The translations under genes were made by a program, and so were the position numbers. The notes under the pieces are model-generated. The model saw only the letters and a program-made list of their open reading frames with translations, searched no databases and was not told the origin of the DNA. 64,000 nucleotides of DNA from Candidatus Hydrogenedentota bacterium (lineage in GTDB: Bacteria; Hydrogenedentota; Hydrogenedentia; Hydrogenedentales; SLHB01). The DNA lies in NCBI GenBank assembly GCA_963674865.2, contig CAXXYE010000006.1, positions 192,001 through 256,000 of the forward strand. Direction: 5' to 3'. Below are positions 31,282-42,394 of the stretch, in pieces; position 1 is the stretch's first letter, and each line of letters begins with the position of its first letter.

Positions 31282-34008
31282 ATGACTTCGGGAAAGCAGA
31301 CTACTCACTGGCGTGCGATGCTCAGACACCATATAAGAGCGGCCTTGATCGCCGCGTTCCTGATGCTCCCGGCCTCGGGTGCGGTGTGCCTGCCCATGTG
31401 GGAGTTCGAAGCGGGAAAGGACGCAGCGGCTTGGGTGCCGAATGGCGACCTCGCGGATGTGCGAATCGAATACGGCACACTGTGCGCCACTGCCGCTGAC
31501 GCTGATCCCTTCTTCCTGTGCCGAGGGATCGAACTCGAGGCGACGCCGTGGCAGTATGTACTCCTTCGCATCAAGGCGAGCCGGCCGGGCGTCGCGGAGC
31601 TATTCTGGACGGGGGAACTCGAGGGCAAATACGGCGGGCTCACGCAAGAGAAGAAGACGCGCTTCTCCATTCCAGCGGACGGCTGGCAGGAGATAGCCGT
31701 CTTCCCGTTCTGGCACACGGAGGGCGTGATCCGGCAACTCCGCTTGGATTTGTACGACGACGCAGACTTCACCATCGACTGGATCCGCGTTGCGGCATGG
31801 GGCGGAGGTACGCCGCAGACGGATACCTTCCGTTGGGAGCTCGATGAGGACGCATCGGCCTGGCGGGTATGCCCCGGGGCGCCTGAGTTCCTTGCGCCGC
31901 CATGCCGGCTCAGCGTGGCGGATAAGGACTGGATTACCGTGCAACTGCGATCCGACGCGCCAGGTGTGGCCAGCGTGTTGTGGGCTTGTGAAGACGAACG
32001 CGGCGTGCAGTCCGAGGACTTCACTATCCGCGGCGACGGCGAATCCCATACTTACGACGTTCTCCTCGCGGGCATCCCAAGCTGGCGCGATTCCATCGTC
32101 GCATTCGGCCTCCGGCTACCGCCAGGTGCCGGTGTTCGCCTGGAATCGGTTGCCATCGCAGCGGAGCCATCCGGCCCGGCCGACCTTGATGTGTCCTATT
32201 TCGGCTTCGAGGACGGAGTGAACCGAGCGGGGCGACCCGAGCACGTACTGGTTCAACTCACAAATCGCGGCGGCAAGCCGGGCGGATTGCGCGGCGTTCA
32301 TCTGCGCCTGCCCGAGGGGTTGCGTCTCCTCCAGCCGCCGGAGAAGATCTCACTCGACAGCCTCACCCATGGCGAGGTCGCTGCCTTCATCTGGGAGGTG
32401 CAAGCGGATCAGGCTGGATACTATGAAGCATCGCTGGACTTCAGCGGCAAAGGGGCACCAGCGCCAATGAAGGCCACGCTCCACTTCCTGGACGCAGCGC
32501 CCGTCCCTGCCGCAACGTATGTGCCGGAGCCGCACGCCGTGAGAACGGCCGTTGACGTGTGCGCGTACTACTTCCCGGGCTGGGACTCGAGCGCAAAATG
32601 GGACTGCATTCGCCGCGTGGCCCCCGTGCGAAAGCCGCTGCTCGGATACTACGATGAGGCCGACACGGCATGCGTGGATTGGCAGATCAAATGGGCCGTC
32701 GAAAACGGGATCTCATGCTTTCTCGTTGACTGGTACTGGACTCGAGGCGCACAACACCTGACGCATTGGTTCGAGGCGTATCGGCAGGCGCGCTATCGCG
32801 ACCAACTCGACGTGGCCATCATGTGGGCAAATCACAACCCGCCGGGCACACACTCCGCCGAAGATTGGCGAAATGTGACGAAGGAGTGGATCGACCACTA
32901 CTTCAACCTCGACACCTACTACAAGATCGACGGGAGGCCGGCGGTATTCATCTGGAATCCGCGCAATGTGCGCAATGACGTGGGCGGGAGCGAAGCGGTT
33001 CAGACACTGTTGGAGGAATCGCAGGCGGCGGCCCGCGAGGCGGGCCACGAGGGCATCACGTTCGTGGCGATGGGCTATGACATGTCGCCTGCCAATGTCC
33101 GCATGCTGCACGCGGAAGGCTACGCCGGCCTGACCACCTACCATGAATGGGGCCGCGCTCAGGACATGACGCAAGCATCAAAGCGGGCGCGCTACGAGGA
33201 CGTTGCTCGCACCAGCCCGGCCGCGTGGGAGGCGCATCGCGAGGCCGCGGCGCCGGTAACCTATTTCCCGCTGGTGGACACCGGGTGGGACGACAGGCCA
33301 TGGCACGGCAACAAAGGACTCGTCATCGAAGGCCGTACCCCCGCGCTTTTCGAGGGGCTCCTGCACGACGCCAAAGCCTATTGTGAGGAGCACAGCCTAC
33401 CCCTCGTCGTCTTGGGGCCGCTGAATGAATGGGGCGAGGGCAGCTACATCGAGCCCTGTACCGAGTTCGGCTTCGAGATGTACGAAGCGATTCGGCAGGT
33501 GTTCGCATCGGAGCCTCCCGCGGCCTGGCCCATGAACCTGGGGCCCCGCGATATGGATTTGGGGCCATATGACTTTCCGAAGCGCGAATCCATCACCTTG
33601 TGGAATTTCGAAGACGGCGCCGGCGGCTGGAGGGCCATGATGAACGTGGCCGATGTTCGCTGCGAGGGCGGGGCGCTTCGACTGAGAACAGTGAGCCGGG
33701 ATCCGGCGCTCGTGGTGGATGCGGGCGGAGTGGACGCGAAGGCCGTCACCAGCTTGGAGGTCAACATGCGATTGAATGGCGACGTCACCGAATGCTCGGC
33801 CCAGATGTTCTGGGCTTCAGGTGGGGCAGCCATCTCCGAGGCCACAAGCGTCCGCTTCCCCGTGAAGGCGAACGGAGAATTGCACACGTACCACGTTCCA
33901 CTCTCCGGGAACGCCCGGTGGCGCGGAAGAATCTCGACTCTTCGGTTCGATCCCTGCGATGCCGAAGACGTGGCCGTGGTGATTGAGCGCGTCGAGTTGC
34001 TGCCGTAG
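31282..34008 (+). CDS. GH99-like (WbsX family) glycoside hydrolase with three CBM-like modules
   Basis: AYYFPGW, PLLGYYDE, MWANH, GWDDRPW and NEWGEGSYIEP, plus a signal peptide. The start may be 31318. Confidence 0.85.
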   Translation: MTSGKQTTHWRAMLRHHIRAALIAAFLMLPASGAVCLPMWEFEAGKDAAAWVPNGDLADVRIEYGTLCATAADADPFFLCRGIELEATPWQYVLLRIKASRPGVAELFWTGELEGKYGGLTQEKKTRFSIPADGWQEIAVFPFWHTEGVIRQLRLDLYDDADFTIDWIRVAAWGGGTPQTDTFRWELDEDASAWRVCPGAPEFLAPPCRLSVADKDWITVQLRSDAPGVASVLWACEDERGVQSEDFTIRGDGESHTYDVLLAGIPSWRDSIVAFGLRLPPGAGVRLESVAIAAEPSGPADLDVSYFGFEDGVNRAGRPEHVLVQLTNRGGKPGGLRGVHLRLPEGLRLLQPPEKISLDSLTHGEVAAFIWEVQADQAGYYEASLDFSGKGAPAPMKATLHFLDAAPVPAATYVPEPHAVRTAVDVCAYYFPGWDSSAKWDCIRRVAPVRKPLLGYYDEADTACVDWQIKWAVENGISCFLVDWYWTRGAQHLTHWFEAYRQARYRDQLDVAIMWANHNPPGTHSAEDWRNVTKEWIDHYFNLDTYYKIDGRPAVFIWNPRNVRNDVGGSEAVQTLLEESQAAAREAGHEGITFVAMGYDMSPANVRMLHAEGYAGLTTYHEWGRAQDMTQASKRARYEDVARTSPAAWEAHREAAAPVTYFPLVDTGWDDRPWHGNKGLVIEGRTPALFEGLLHDAKAYCEEHSLPLVVLGPLNEWGEGSYIEPCTEFGFEMYEAIRQVFASEPPAAWPMNLGPRDMDLGPYDFPKRESITLWNFEDGAGGWRAMMNVADVRCEGGALRLRTVSRDPALVVDAGGVDAKAVTSLEVNMRLNGDVTECSAQMFWASGGAAISEATSVRFPVKANGELHTYHVPLSGNARWRGRISTLRFDPCDAEDVAVVIERVELLP

Positions 34009-34027
34009 AAGGGAGCGCACGGCGAAG

Positions 34028-34903
34028 TCACGGGGCGGGCTGGCCGCCGGGAGTCCCTGCCGCGTCAAGGGCCTCGCGAATCTCCCGGGCAATGGTGGTG
34101 CCCAATTCCCTGCGCTTCTTAAGATAAGCGGGGCAGTTGTGGTGGCCTGTGTCGAGAGGAATCAGCCGGACATCAGGCATATCGCTCACGAGTCCGGCTT
34201 GGCGCCCATCGATCCAGCAGTGTCCCCCGTAGAAGACGGAAACACGGGGAGGCTTGCCGGAAATGCTTCGATAGACCCCTTCAACCGTCGGAAATGGCCC
34301 TGCCTTCCGCCGGATCTTACGGACAATGTATCCCCCGGCGACGGTGACGAGAATGGACTCGATATAGGCCCGGGGCTGCGAAACAAGACTCTTCACGTCG
34401 AATAGCGAGTGTAGAAGGCTGGCGTGCGAAGTGTAGAGGCCCGGATTCAAGGCGGGACTAAAGGCAACGACATGATCGAATCCGAGTCTCGCGCCGATGT
34501 ACATGGCCATCGTGCCGCCGCCGGACGCTCCCACGGCCACGTTATATATGGATCCCAATCGCCGCGAAACCTCGCGCACCTTATTCTCGTAGAAGGCCAG
34601 GCCATTGCCTGAGCCGTCGGGCGCTACGTAATATCCCATCCGGCGCGTGTCGCGGAAGAAGACAAGGTTGAAATCCTTGTGATGGCGCTTCAGGATGCGA
34701 CGGAACTCGAACTGCGGCATGCCGGCGAAAAGCACGGCCATACCTGAGAAGCAGAAGATCGTCTTGTCCGAGCCGCAGTCCTCGATATGGATATAGTCTT
34801 CGGCACACTTGTCGAGATCGAAAGTGCCCTCTTGCTCCATATGCCTGGCCAAGTGCGGAAGGAAAAGGCGCGTTGCCCATTTGAAGAGGATATTCTTGAT
34901 CAC
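34028..34903 (-). CDS. Alpha/beta-hydrolase fold protein
   Basis: GASGG nucleophile elbow, AFSP, and candidate Asp and His (GHH). Confidence 0.7.
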   Translation of the reverse strand: MIKNILFKWATRLFLPHLARHMEQEGTFDLDKCAEDYIHIEDCGSDKTIFCFSGMAVLFAGMPQFEFRRILKRHHKDFNLVFFRDTRRMGYYVAPDGSGNGLAFYENKVREVSRRLGSIYNVAVGASGGGTMAMYIGARLGFDHVVAFSPALNPGLYTSHASLLHSLFDVKSLVSQPRAYIESILVTVAGGYIVRKIRRKAGPFPTVEGVYRSISGKPPRVSVFYGGHCWIDGRQAGLVSDMPDVRLIPLDTGHHNCPAYLKKRRELGTTIAREIREALDAAGTPGGQPAP

Positions 34904-34967
34904 GCGTCAAACTCGCTAAGGATCGCCTCGCCACGCTACGGGACTATACGCACGCCCTTCAAGGGCG

Positions 34968-36089
34968 TTACATCAATGCTTCGTACACTTCATGAACACC
35001 CTCGGCTTGGACCTCGAGCGAAAACAGCCGGATGGCCTTCTCCCGCGCGGCGCGGCCCATGGCCCGGCGCAAGGCGCGGTTCTCAGCGAGGGAGGCAAGC
35101 CGGGCCGTCAGGGCGTCCGGGGAGCCATCGAACACGAAGCCGGTTTCGCCGTCATCCACAATCTCGGGAAGCATTCCGCGTTCCGCAACGACCACCGGAC
35201 GCGCCATGGCCATGACTTCGCGAACTGCCCGGCAGGTACCGTCGCTGCCTGGAACCAGAAACACCTTCACGTCGAAGGCCCTCAGCATCCCGACATAGTT
35301 CTCCCCGTCCACATAGCCCGGGAAGTGCACGTTGCGTTCCAGGCCAAGCTCTTTCACTGGCTGCTTGCCGACCTCCTCCTGCCGTGTTCCGCGGCCCACG
35401 ACGATGAGGTGGGCCTCGTGCACACGCTCTACAAGTGCGCGCATGGCCTCGAAGAGAACACGGTAGTGCCGGTGTCTCTGCATGCGCGCAACGATGCCGA
35501 CCACAAATGCGTCATGCGGGATGCCGAGCCAGCGGCGTCCGTCGGGGACTTCACGCGCCGGGTCGAAGCGTTCAACATCGACGGCGCCCGGCACAACGCG
35601 CGTACGCTCGGCGGGAAAGCCGAAAGCGTCGAGGTCGTGCTGCCGCGCCTGTTCGGACGGCTCGATGAGGAAGTCCGTGCGAGCCAGAAGCCCCCCGGCC
35701 TCCTTCCGGACGGGCAGGCCGCCACCCTCATAGCTTGAGCGAACCAGCCGGACGCCCAACTTTCCAGCAGGGCCGGCTGCAATCCGATGATCGTTGTCGA
35801 GATGGCAGTGGATGATATCGTAGGGATGCGCTTGAAGGAACCTCCCAAGGGCGCGGCTATCCAAGAGATTCCTGATAGGGTGTTTATGCTTGCTCAGGCC
35901 GAATTTCAAGATCGGCTCAATATCACGATCCCGCGCGGTCTCGACGATCTTGTTGACGGCCCCCGCTGGGCCGGGTGAGCAGGCAAAGTCAGCGGAAATG
36001 CCGCGGCGCCGTAAGCTCAGGCAGAGATTCAGAGCGGGCTCGGCCGGGCCGGTCCATCGGGAGTTGCTGAAAAGATGCAGGACGTTCAT
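34968..36089 (-). CDS. Glycosyltransferase family 4
   Basis: VDVERF, VGIVARM, EVMAMARPVV and EIVDDGETG. ATGA overlap with smc. Confidence 0.9.
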   Translation of the reverse strand: MNVLHLFSNSRWTGPAEPALNLCLSLRRRGISADFACSPGPAGAVNKIVETARDRDIEPILKFGLSKHKHPIRNLLDSRALGRFLQAHPYDIIHCHLDNDHRIAAGPAGKLGVRLVRSSYEGGGLPVRKEAGGLLARTDFLIEPSEQARQHDLDAFGFPAERTRVVPGAVDVERFDPAREVPDGRRWLGIPHDAFVVGIVARMQRHRHYRVLFEAMRALVERVHEAHLIVVGRGTRQEEVGKQPVKELGLERNVHFPGYVDGENYVGMLRAFDVKVFLVPGSDGTCRAVREVMAMARPVVVAERGMLPEIVDDGETGFVFDGSPDALTARLASLAENRALRRAMGRAAREKAIRLFSLEVQAEGVHEVYEALM

Positions 36090-39000
36090 GCCGCGGAATC
36101 GGCGTCGTACTCACCCTCAAATCGCACCGACACGAGTTGCGACACACCTCGTTCTTGCATGGTGACGCCGTAGAGCGCATTGGCGCGCGCCATAGTCTCC
36201 TTGCTATGGGTGATAACGACGAATTGGCTCTGCGCGGTGAATTCTTGCAGGAGGTCGAGAAAGCGTCCGATATTGGCGTCGTCCAGAGGGGCATCGACCT
36301 CGTCGAGGACACAGAAGGGGCTGGGCTTGGCCCGTAGAATGCTGAACAGGAGGCTGATGGCGGTGAGGGCGCTTTCTCCGCCGGACAAGAGCGAGATGGC
36401 CTGCGGCCGCTTCCCGGGCGGACGCGCCTCGATCTCGATGCCGCTCTCAAGGGGATCATCGGGATCGAGCAGGTAGATCCGAGCCTGGCCTCCGTTGAAA
36501 AGACGACGGAAGTACTCACGGAAGTAGTCGCCCACTTTCGTGAACGTTTCCATGAACATATCGCGAATCCTGTTGTCGATGCGCATAATCACATCGAGAA
36601 GGGCCTCGCGTGCCTCGGCAAGATCCGCGTCTTGAGCAACAAGAAAGTCGTTGCGCTTCTCAAGAGCCTCGAACTCCTCGATGGCCATGAGATTGACTTG
36701 GCCCATGCGCTGAAGGCGGACGCGAATATCCGCAATGCGCTCATCGCGGGCATCTTCATCCAGCTCGTCGGCACCCACCTGCTCCTCCGTCAGGGAGGAA
36801 AGGGCAAGGCTGTATTCGTCTCGGATGCGCGTCTGACAGAACTCGATTTGATCCTCGTTATGACGAAGTTCGAGTTCAAGCTGATGGACCTGGGACTGCG
36901 TCTGGCGGGACTCTTCCCGCAACTCACGCAGCTTCTTCTCGATAACATCGGACTCTTCGAGCAACTTCTGGCGCTGGTTTTCGGCCTCGACAACCTCTTT
37001 CTGCGCTTCGTCACGCGACTCGGCCAACGCCTTGGTGCGCTCAACGTTCAGGGCGACCTCGCGCTCCAGGTCGGCCTGATTCTTCTCGAGCTGGCCAATG
37101 GCCTCGGTGCGGCGTTGCGCTTCACGGAGAATATCCTCACGCTCGCGCTTCTCGCGCTCTTTGTTGCGCTCGGCCTCTTCAAGGCGCTGCTTGAGACTCA
37201 CCACCTGGATACGCACGTCGGCAAGCCCCGCCGCGCTGGCCGAGAGTTGCTGCCGGGCACTGGACGCGGCCGTCTGGGCCTCGGAAACCGCCTGCCGAAC
37301 GGCTTCGCCATCACTCTCCATCGTGTCCGCAAGGGCAGCTTTTTCCTGCCGATGGCCTTCGAGCGCATCGCGCCGCTCGCTAAGCGCATCGCGCTGAGTA
37401 TCGATATGTTGGGCGGATTGAGCGAGGCTGTCCAGTTCGGTGCGATGACGCGCAAGGGCAAGATCGAGTTCGTTCAACTGCCGGCGCCGGCCCACCTCAT
37501 CTTCCTGGAGCTTGGCCAACCGCTCGGCCATGCTGCCGATCTCCGCCTCTGCCACGCCAATCTGCTCAGACAGACGGGCCAGCTCACGTTCGGCGTTCTC
37601 CGCCTTATCTTGCAGTTCATCGATCTCGGCGCGCCGGCCCAGAAGACCGCGGCTCTCATGTTTCGTGCGGCCGCCTGTAACCGCGCCCGCCGGACTGACG
37701 ACCTCGCCGTCCAGCGTCACAAGCCTGGGGAATGAGCGCGCGCTTCGGGCGATGCGGGTGGCCTCGTCAAGGTTTTCAACGAGGAGCGTGTTTCGGAACA
37801 GGTACTCGACCGCCGGCCGGATCTGCTCGTCATACTTCAGATGTTCGATGGCCGGGCCGATCACTCCCGGTTCGCCGTCAAGGGCGCTGTTCGATTCGCC
37901 GCCGGGAACGCGGATCATATCCAGAGGAAGAAACGTGACGCGCCCCGCGGCTTCGGCCTTGAGAAAGGCGATGGCCGCCTTGGCCGCGCCGGCATCTTCA
38001 ACGATGATATTGTTGATGTTCCCGGCCAGGGCCGCCTCGATGGCCCGCTCGTATTGGCGTTCCGTGGTGATCAGGTCGCCCACGGGGCCGATAATGCCCC
38101 GGACGTTGGCAAGCTGTTCCTTCTTTGCACGCATGACGGCCCGAACGCCCGTAGCGAAGCCCTCGTAGGCATCGCGGAGCTCGCGGAGCGAACGCAGCCT
38201 GGCTTCGACGCTGCTCTTGTTCTCGCGGAGCGCTTGACGCTCATCCGTGAACTGGGCGCGCTCGTCGAGTTTGGCGCCGTGCGCGGCGGCGACCTCGTGG
38301 CGCTCCGCCTCGAGCTGCTGGAGTTCGCGCTGTGTCTCCGCCTGGGCCGATTCCGCCTCGTTAAGCGTAGCCGTCAACGCCTCCCGCCGCTGGTTCTCGC
38401 CTTCGGTACGTTCAGCGAGAGCCTGTAGTTGGCTCTCGATATTGCTGATGCTCACGGCGAGTGTTTCGAGCTCGGTTTGGGCCTTCGCGCGGTCGTTCAT
38501 AGTCTCGACCGCCCGCGACCGCATCGCCTCGAGGTGGGCGTCGGCCGTGGCCACGCCCTCGGTAGCCTTGTCATGCTCCTGCTGCTTGGCCTCGAATGCG
38601 CCTTGCGCGGCATCCACCTCGTGCCGGGTGTGCTCAATCTCGCTTTCGACTTCTGCAACGTGAGCGGCAGTGGCCTCCGCCCGTTCAAGAAGCTCCTTGC
38701 CCTCGGCGGCGGCACGCTCCTGCTGCTCCTTGGAGAACCGGATCTGTTGGCGAAGAAGTTCGATCTGCCGCTCGGCCTGCTCCATCTCCCCGTCGAGTTC
38801 GTGAACACTCTCGCGCCGTGCAAGCAGGAGGCGATCCGCCTCCAGGCGACTCAGTCCGAGTTCCTCGTGCCGCGCTTCGAGTTGCGAGGTCTCCGCAGTG
38901 GCCTTCTCGTAAGCGTTCTGAGCGACCGCAAACTTCTCGCGGAGTCCGGTGACGCCTTCGGCGAATCGCGTGAACCGAAGCCAAGCAGCGCGTATTTCGA

Positions 39001-39673
39001 GTTCGCGAAGTTCATCCGTGAACTCCCGATAGCGGATCGCTGCGTTGACCTGACGCTTGAGGGAACGCATCTGGCGCTGGACCTCGGCGATGATATCGCG
39101 AAGCCGGAGCAGGTTCTGCTCTGCGGCGTCGAGCTTTCGTATCGCGATGCGCTTGCGCGACTTATACTTGATGATGCCCGCGGCTTCCTCAAAGAGGAAG
39201 CGGCGGTCCTCCGGCCGGGAACTGAGGATCAGATCAATCTTGCCTTGGCCGATGAGGGAGTAAGCGTTGGTGCCGATGCCGGTATCCATGAAAAGCTCCT
39301 GGACGTCGCGGAGCCGGCATGGCGTCTTGTTGATGAGGTATTCGCTTTCGCCGGAGCGGTACAAGCGCCGCGTCACCTGGACCTCAGCAAAATCCACGGG
39401 GAGCTTGGAATCGGCGTTATCGAACGTCAGCGATATCTCGGCCATCCCTTGGGGATGTCGGTTATCGCTCCCATTGAATATGACGTCCTGCATCTGGTTG
39501 CCGCGCAACGTCTTAGCGCTCTGTTCGCCCAAAGCCCAACGAATAGCGTCCAGGACGTTGCTCTTCCCGCAGCCGTTGGGCCCCACCACACCCGTGATGC
39601 CGGGCTCAAGCCGGAGCACCGTGCGATCCGCGAAAGACTTGAAGCCTGCAAGTTCGATGCGCTTGAAGTACAT
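36086..39673 (-). CDS. smc: Chromosome segregation protein SMC
   Basis: GFKSF, GPNGCGKSN, coiled coils, hinge GRVTFLPL, LSGGE and LDEVDAPLD. Confidence 0.98.
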   Translation of the reverse strand: MYFKRIELAGFKSFADRTVLRLEPGITGVVGPNGCGKSNVLDAIRWALGEQSAKTLRGNQMQDVIFNGSDNRHPQGMAEISLTFDNADSKLPVDFAEVQVTRRLYRSGESEYLINKTPCRLRDVQELFMDTGIGTNAYSLIGQGKIDLILSSRPEDRRFLFEEAAGIIKYKSRKRIAIRKLDAAEQNLLRLRDIIAEVQRQMRSLKRQVNAAIRYREFTDELRELEIRAAWLRFTRFAEGVTGLREKFAVAQNAYEKATAETSQLEARHEELGLSRLEADRLLLARRESVHELDGEMEQAERQIELLRQQIRFSKEQQERAAAEGKELLERAEATAAHVAEVESEIEHTRHEVDAAQGAFEAKQQEHDKATEGVATADAHLEAMRSRAVETMNDRAKAQTELETLAVSISNIESQLQALAERTEGENQRREALTATLNEAESAQAETQRELQQLEAERHEVAAAHGAKLDERAQFTDERQALRENKSSVEARLRSLRELRDAYEGFATGVRAVMRAKKEQLANVRGIIGPVGDLITTERQYERAIEAALAGNINNIIVEDAGAAKAAIAFLKAEAAGRVTFLPLDMIRVPGGESNSALDGEPGVIGPAIEHLKYDEQIRPAVEYLFRNTLLVENLDEATRIARSARSFPRLVTLDGEVVSPAGAVTGGRTKHESRGLLGRRAEIDELQDKAENAERELARLSEQIGVAEAEIGSMAERLAKLQEDEVGRRRQLNELDLALARHRTELDSLAQSAQHIDTQRDALSERRDALEGHRQEKAALADTMESDGEAVRQAVSEAQTAASSARQQLSASAAGLADVRIQVVSLKQRLEEAERNKEREKREREDILREAQRRTEAIGQLEKNQADLEREVALNVERTKALAESRDEAQKEVVEAENQRQKLLEESDVIEKKLRELREESRQTQSQVHQLELELRHNEDQIEFCQTRIRDEYSLALSSLTEEQVGADELDEDARDERIADIRVRLQRMGQVNLMAIEEFEALEKRNDFLVAQDADLAEAREALLDVIMRIDNRIRDMFMETFTKVGDYFREYFRRLFNGGQARIYLLDPDDPLESGIEIEARPPGKRPQAISLLSGGESALTAISLLFSILRAKPSPFCVLDEVDAPLDDANIGRFLDLLQEFTAQSQFVVITHSKETMARANALYGVTMQERGVSQLVSVRFEGEYDADSAA

Positions 39674-39763
39674 GAATCCTATATCATCCGCACCGGCGCG
39701 GCGTAAGGCCGCGGCGGCATAAACCCGCCGTGGGACGGGCAGCTCCTCTCATATCGCCCGAGG

Positions 39764-40549
39764 TCACTCGTCTTGCGTACGCACAATGCGCTCAATCGCG
39801 AGCGCGCGCCCCGAATCATCGTCCGCTTGGATAAGGACCGCGTTGAATACCGTGGGGCCACGGGCCACCTGAAACTCGACGGGCATGCCGGTAAGGAACC
39901 GGTTAATCACCCGCTCGCGCTCCATGCCAATGATCGAATTGCGGGGCCCGCACATACCGACATCAGTGATATAAGCCGTGCCCTTCGGCAGAAGGCGTTC
40001 ATCCGCTGTCTGAACGTGCGTATGAGTACCGACTACGGCCGTACAGGCTCCATCCAGAAACCAACCCATCGCGACCTTTTCAGCGGTGGCCTCGGCATGC
40101 ATATCGACGATGACAACGGGCGTGGTCTCCCTGAGCCGGGCAACCTCCGCGCGCCCGACCTCAAACGGACATCGGTTAGGCGACAGGAAAACCCGTCCCA
40201 ACAAACTCACGATGCCGGCCCTCCGGCCGTCCGCCAAAGTGACCCGAATGGCGCCCGTCCCCGGAACGCCGTCCGGGTAGTTCGCGGGTCGAACAACATT
40301 GGACAGGGAGTCGAGCGCGGACGCGAGTTCCTTCTTCCGCCACGTATGGTTCCCCAGAGTAACGGCGTGCGCACCCGCCTCAAACACCTCGTCTAACACG
40401 GCCGGCGTGGCGCCCAGTCCTCCTGCGGCATTCTCCCCATTCACCACGACCAAGTCAATCAGATAATCGTTGCAGAGTCCGGGAAGCCACCGGAGAAGAG
40501 CGCGCCGCCCCGGCCTACCGACGACATCGCCCACGACCAATACATTCAT
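39764..40549 (-). CDS. ymdB: YmdB-family metallophosphoesterase
   Basis: GDVVG, NGENAAGG, GNH, DMHAEATAEK, GTHTHV and TDVGMCG. Confidence 0.95.
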   Translation of the reverse strand: MNVLVVGDVVGRPGRRALLRWLPGLCNDYLIDLVVVNGENAAGGLGATPAVLDEVFEAGAHAVTLGNHTWRKKELASALDSLSNVVRPANYPDGVPGTGAIRVTLADGRRAGIVSLLGRVFLSPNRCPFEVGRAEVARLRETTPVVIVDMHAEATAEKVAMGWFLDGACTAVVGTHTHVQTADERLLPKGTAYITDVGMCGPRNSIIGMERERVINRFLTGMPVEFQVARGPTVFNAVLIQADDDSGRALAIERIVRTQDE

Positions 40550-40717
40550 AGGGCGACCACCCTTGGAACACGAGCGCCGAGTCCCGTGTCTTCCCGACGC
40601 CAAGCAGACCTACCCCCTCCATCCCGGAGTCTCAGCAGAGCGCCCGGAAAGAGCGACGCCGGCGCACAGGCGTGAGGCACCCGGGCGCTCCCCCGGCTGC
40701 ACATGAGTTGGGGCGCG

Positions 40718-42277
40718 TTACTTGGCAGTCTCAACGGCTCGAGTTTCCCGAACGACGGTAACCTTGATCTGGCCCGGATACACAAGCTCGCTCTCAACCT
40801 TGCGAGCCACATTGCGGGCCAACTGCATGGCCATGGCGTCATCCACTTTCTCGGGATAGACAACGACCCGAATTTCACGTCCTGCCTGAATGGCGTAGGA
40901 TTTCTCCACGCCGTCGAATTCGTCCGCGATGCGCTCAAGTTGTTCGAGTCGCTTGATATACGTCTCGACAGTCTCACGCCGGGCGCCGGGCCGCGCGGCC
41001 GACAAAGCGTCGGCGGCCTGGACAAGCACAGCGATGATGCTGTCCTGATCGATCTCGCCGTGGTGGGCGCCGATCGACTTGACAATGACTTCATTCTCGC
41101 CGTAGCGCTTGGCCAGATCATGGCCGATAATAGCGTGCGAACCCTCCACCTCGTGATTAATCGCCTTACCGATGTCGTGGATCAGACCGGCGCGCTTGGC
41201 GATCTGGATGTTCTCGCCCAGTTCCGCGGCCATGATACCGGATAGGTGGCACACCTCGATGGCATGCCGCAAGACATTCTGGCCATAGGAGGTACGGTAG
41301 TGCAGTCGCCCCAGAAGCTTGACAATCTCGGGGTGGAGTCCGTGGACATCCGCCTCGAGGCAAGCCTGCTCGCCCATTTCCTTGATGGTTTGGGCCATAT
41401 TCTGCGTTTCTTTCTCAACGACTTCCTCGATTCGGGCGGGGTGGATCCGGCCGTCTGTGATGAGCTTCTCCAACGCAACCCGCGCGACCTCACGCCTGAC
41501 GGGGTCGAACCCGGACAAAATGACGGCCTCGGGCGTGTCGTCAATGATGATGTTGATGCCCGTGGCGCTCTCAAGAGCGCGGATGTTACGGCCTTCCCGG
41601 CCGATGATCCGGCCTTTCATCTCGTCGTTGGGAAGGTGGACCACCGATACCGTGCTTTCCGCGACGTGGTCCGCGGCGCAACGCTCGATGGCCTGCGTGA
41701 TAATCCATTTGCCCTTCTTCTGGGCGTTTTCGACAAGCTCCTCCTCGATACGCTTCAGCCGGACCGCGCTGTCGCGGCGGACTTCCGTCTCGAGTTGGTC
41801 GAAAATGGCCTTTCGGGCGTCACTGGCGCTCATACCGGAGATGTCTTCCAGTTTGCGCATCTGCTCGTTGACGAGCGCCGCCACTTCGTCCTTCTGCCTG
41901 CGCAGGCCGTTTTCGTGGGCCGCAAGCTCCCGCTCCTTGGCGCTCAATTCGTTGCCCTTGCGTTCCAACGAATCGAGACGCTTCTCGACACCTTCCTCCT
42001 TGGCCAGAATCCGCTTTTCAAGGGCGACGAGTTCTTTGCGCTGCTCCCGGGCCTCGTTCTCGAACTGAGCGCGGAGTTCGATCTGCTGCTCTTTGATGCC
42101 TGTCTTGGCTTCTTTGATAGTCGAGGCGGCTTCGCGTTCGGCGTCGGAGATGATCTGAGCGGCCTCACGACGAGCCCTGCCAGTCAGACTGGTGCCCATC
42201 AGGCGCGCCGCAACGAAGGCCAGGATGCCCCCTGCTACGATGCCGACTGCGATCCACACCAAAATCAGTGGATCCAT
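40718..42277 (-). CDS. rny: Ribonuclease Y
   Basis: N-terminal TM, coiled coil, KH domain ([13 protein letters not shown]) and HD domain ([17 protein letters not shown]). Confidence 0.98.
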   Translation of the reverse strand: MDPLILVWIAVGIVAGGILAFVAARLMGTSLTGRARREAAQIISDAEREAASTIKEAKTGIKEQQIELRAQFENEAREQRKELVALEKRILAKEEGVEKRLDSLERKGNELSAKERELAAHENGLRRQKDEVAALVNEQMRKLEDISGMSASDARKAIFDQLETEVRRDSAVRLKRIEEELVENAQKKGKWIITQAIERCAADHVAESTVSVVHLPNDEMKGRIIGREGRNIRALESATGINIIIDDTPEAVILSGFDPVRREVARVALEKLITDGRIHPARIEEVVEKETQNMAQTIKEMGEQACLEADVHGLHPEIVKLLGRLHYRTSYGQNVLRHAIEVCHLSGIMAAELGENIQIAKRAGLIHDIGKAINHEVEGSHAIIGHDLAKRYGENEVIVKSIGAHHGEIDQDSIIAVLVQAADALSAARPGARRETVETYIKRLEQLERIADEFDGVEKSYAIQAGREIRVVVYPEKVDDAMAMQLARNVARKVESELVYPGQIKVTVVRETRAVETAK

Positions 42278-42394
42278 TCAATTGCCTCCACCCTGCACGG
42301 GTTGTCTTCTGAGCCCGGGCTCTTCAGGGCAGAGATGGTGAGGAGTCTCGTAGCGCTAGCCGCTGCAACACGTTCGAAGGCTATGTCCGAGGAG

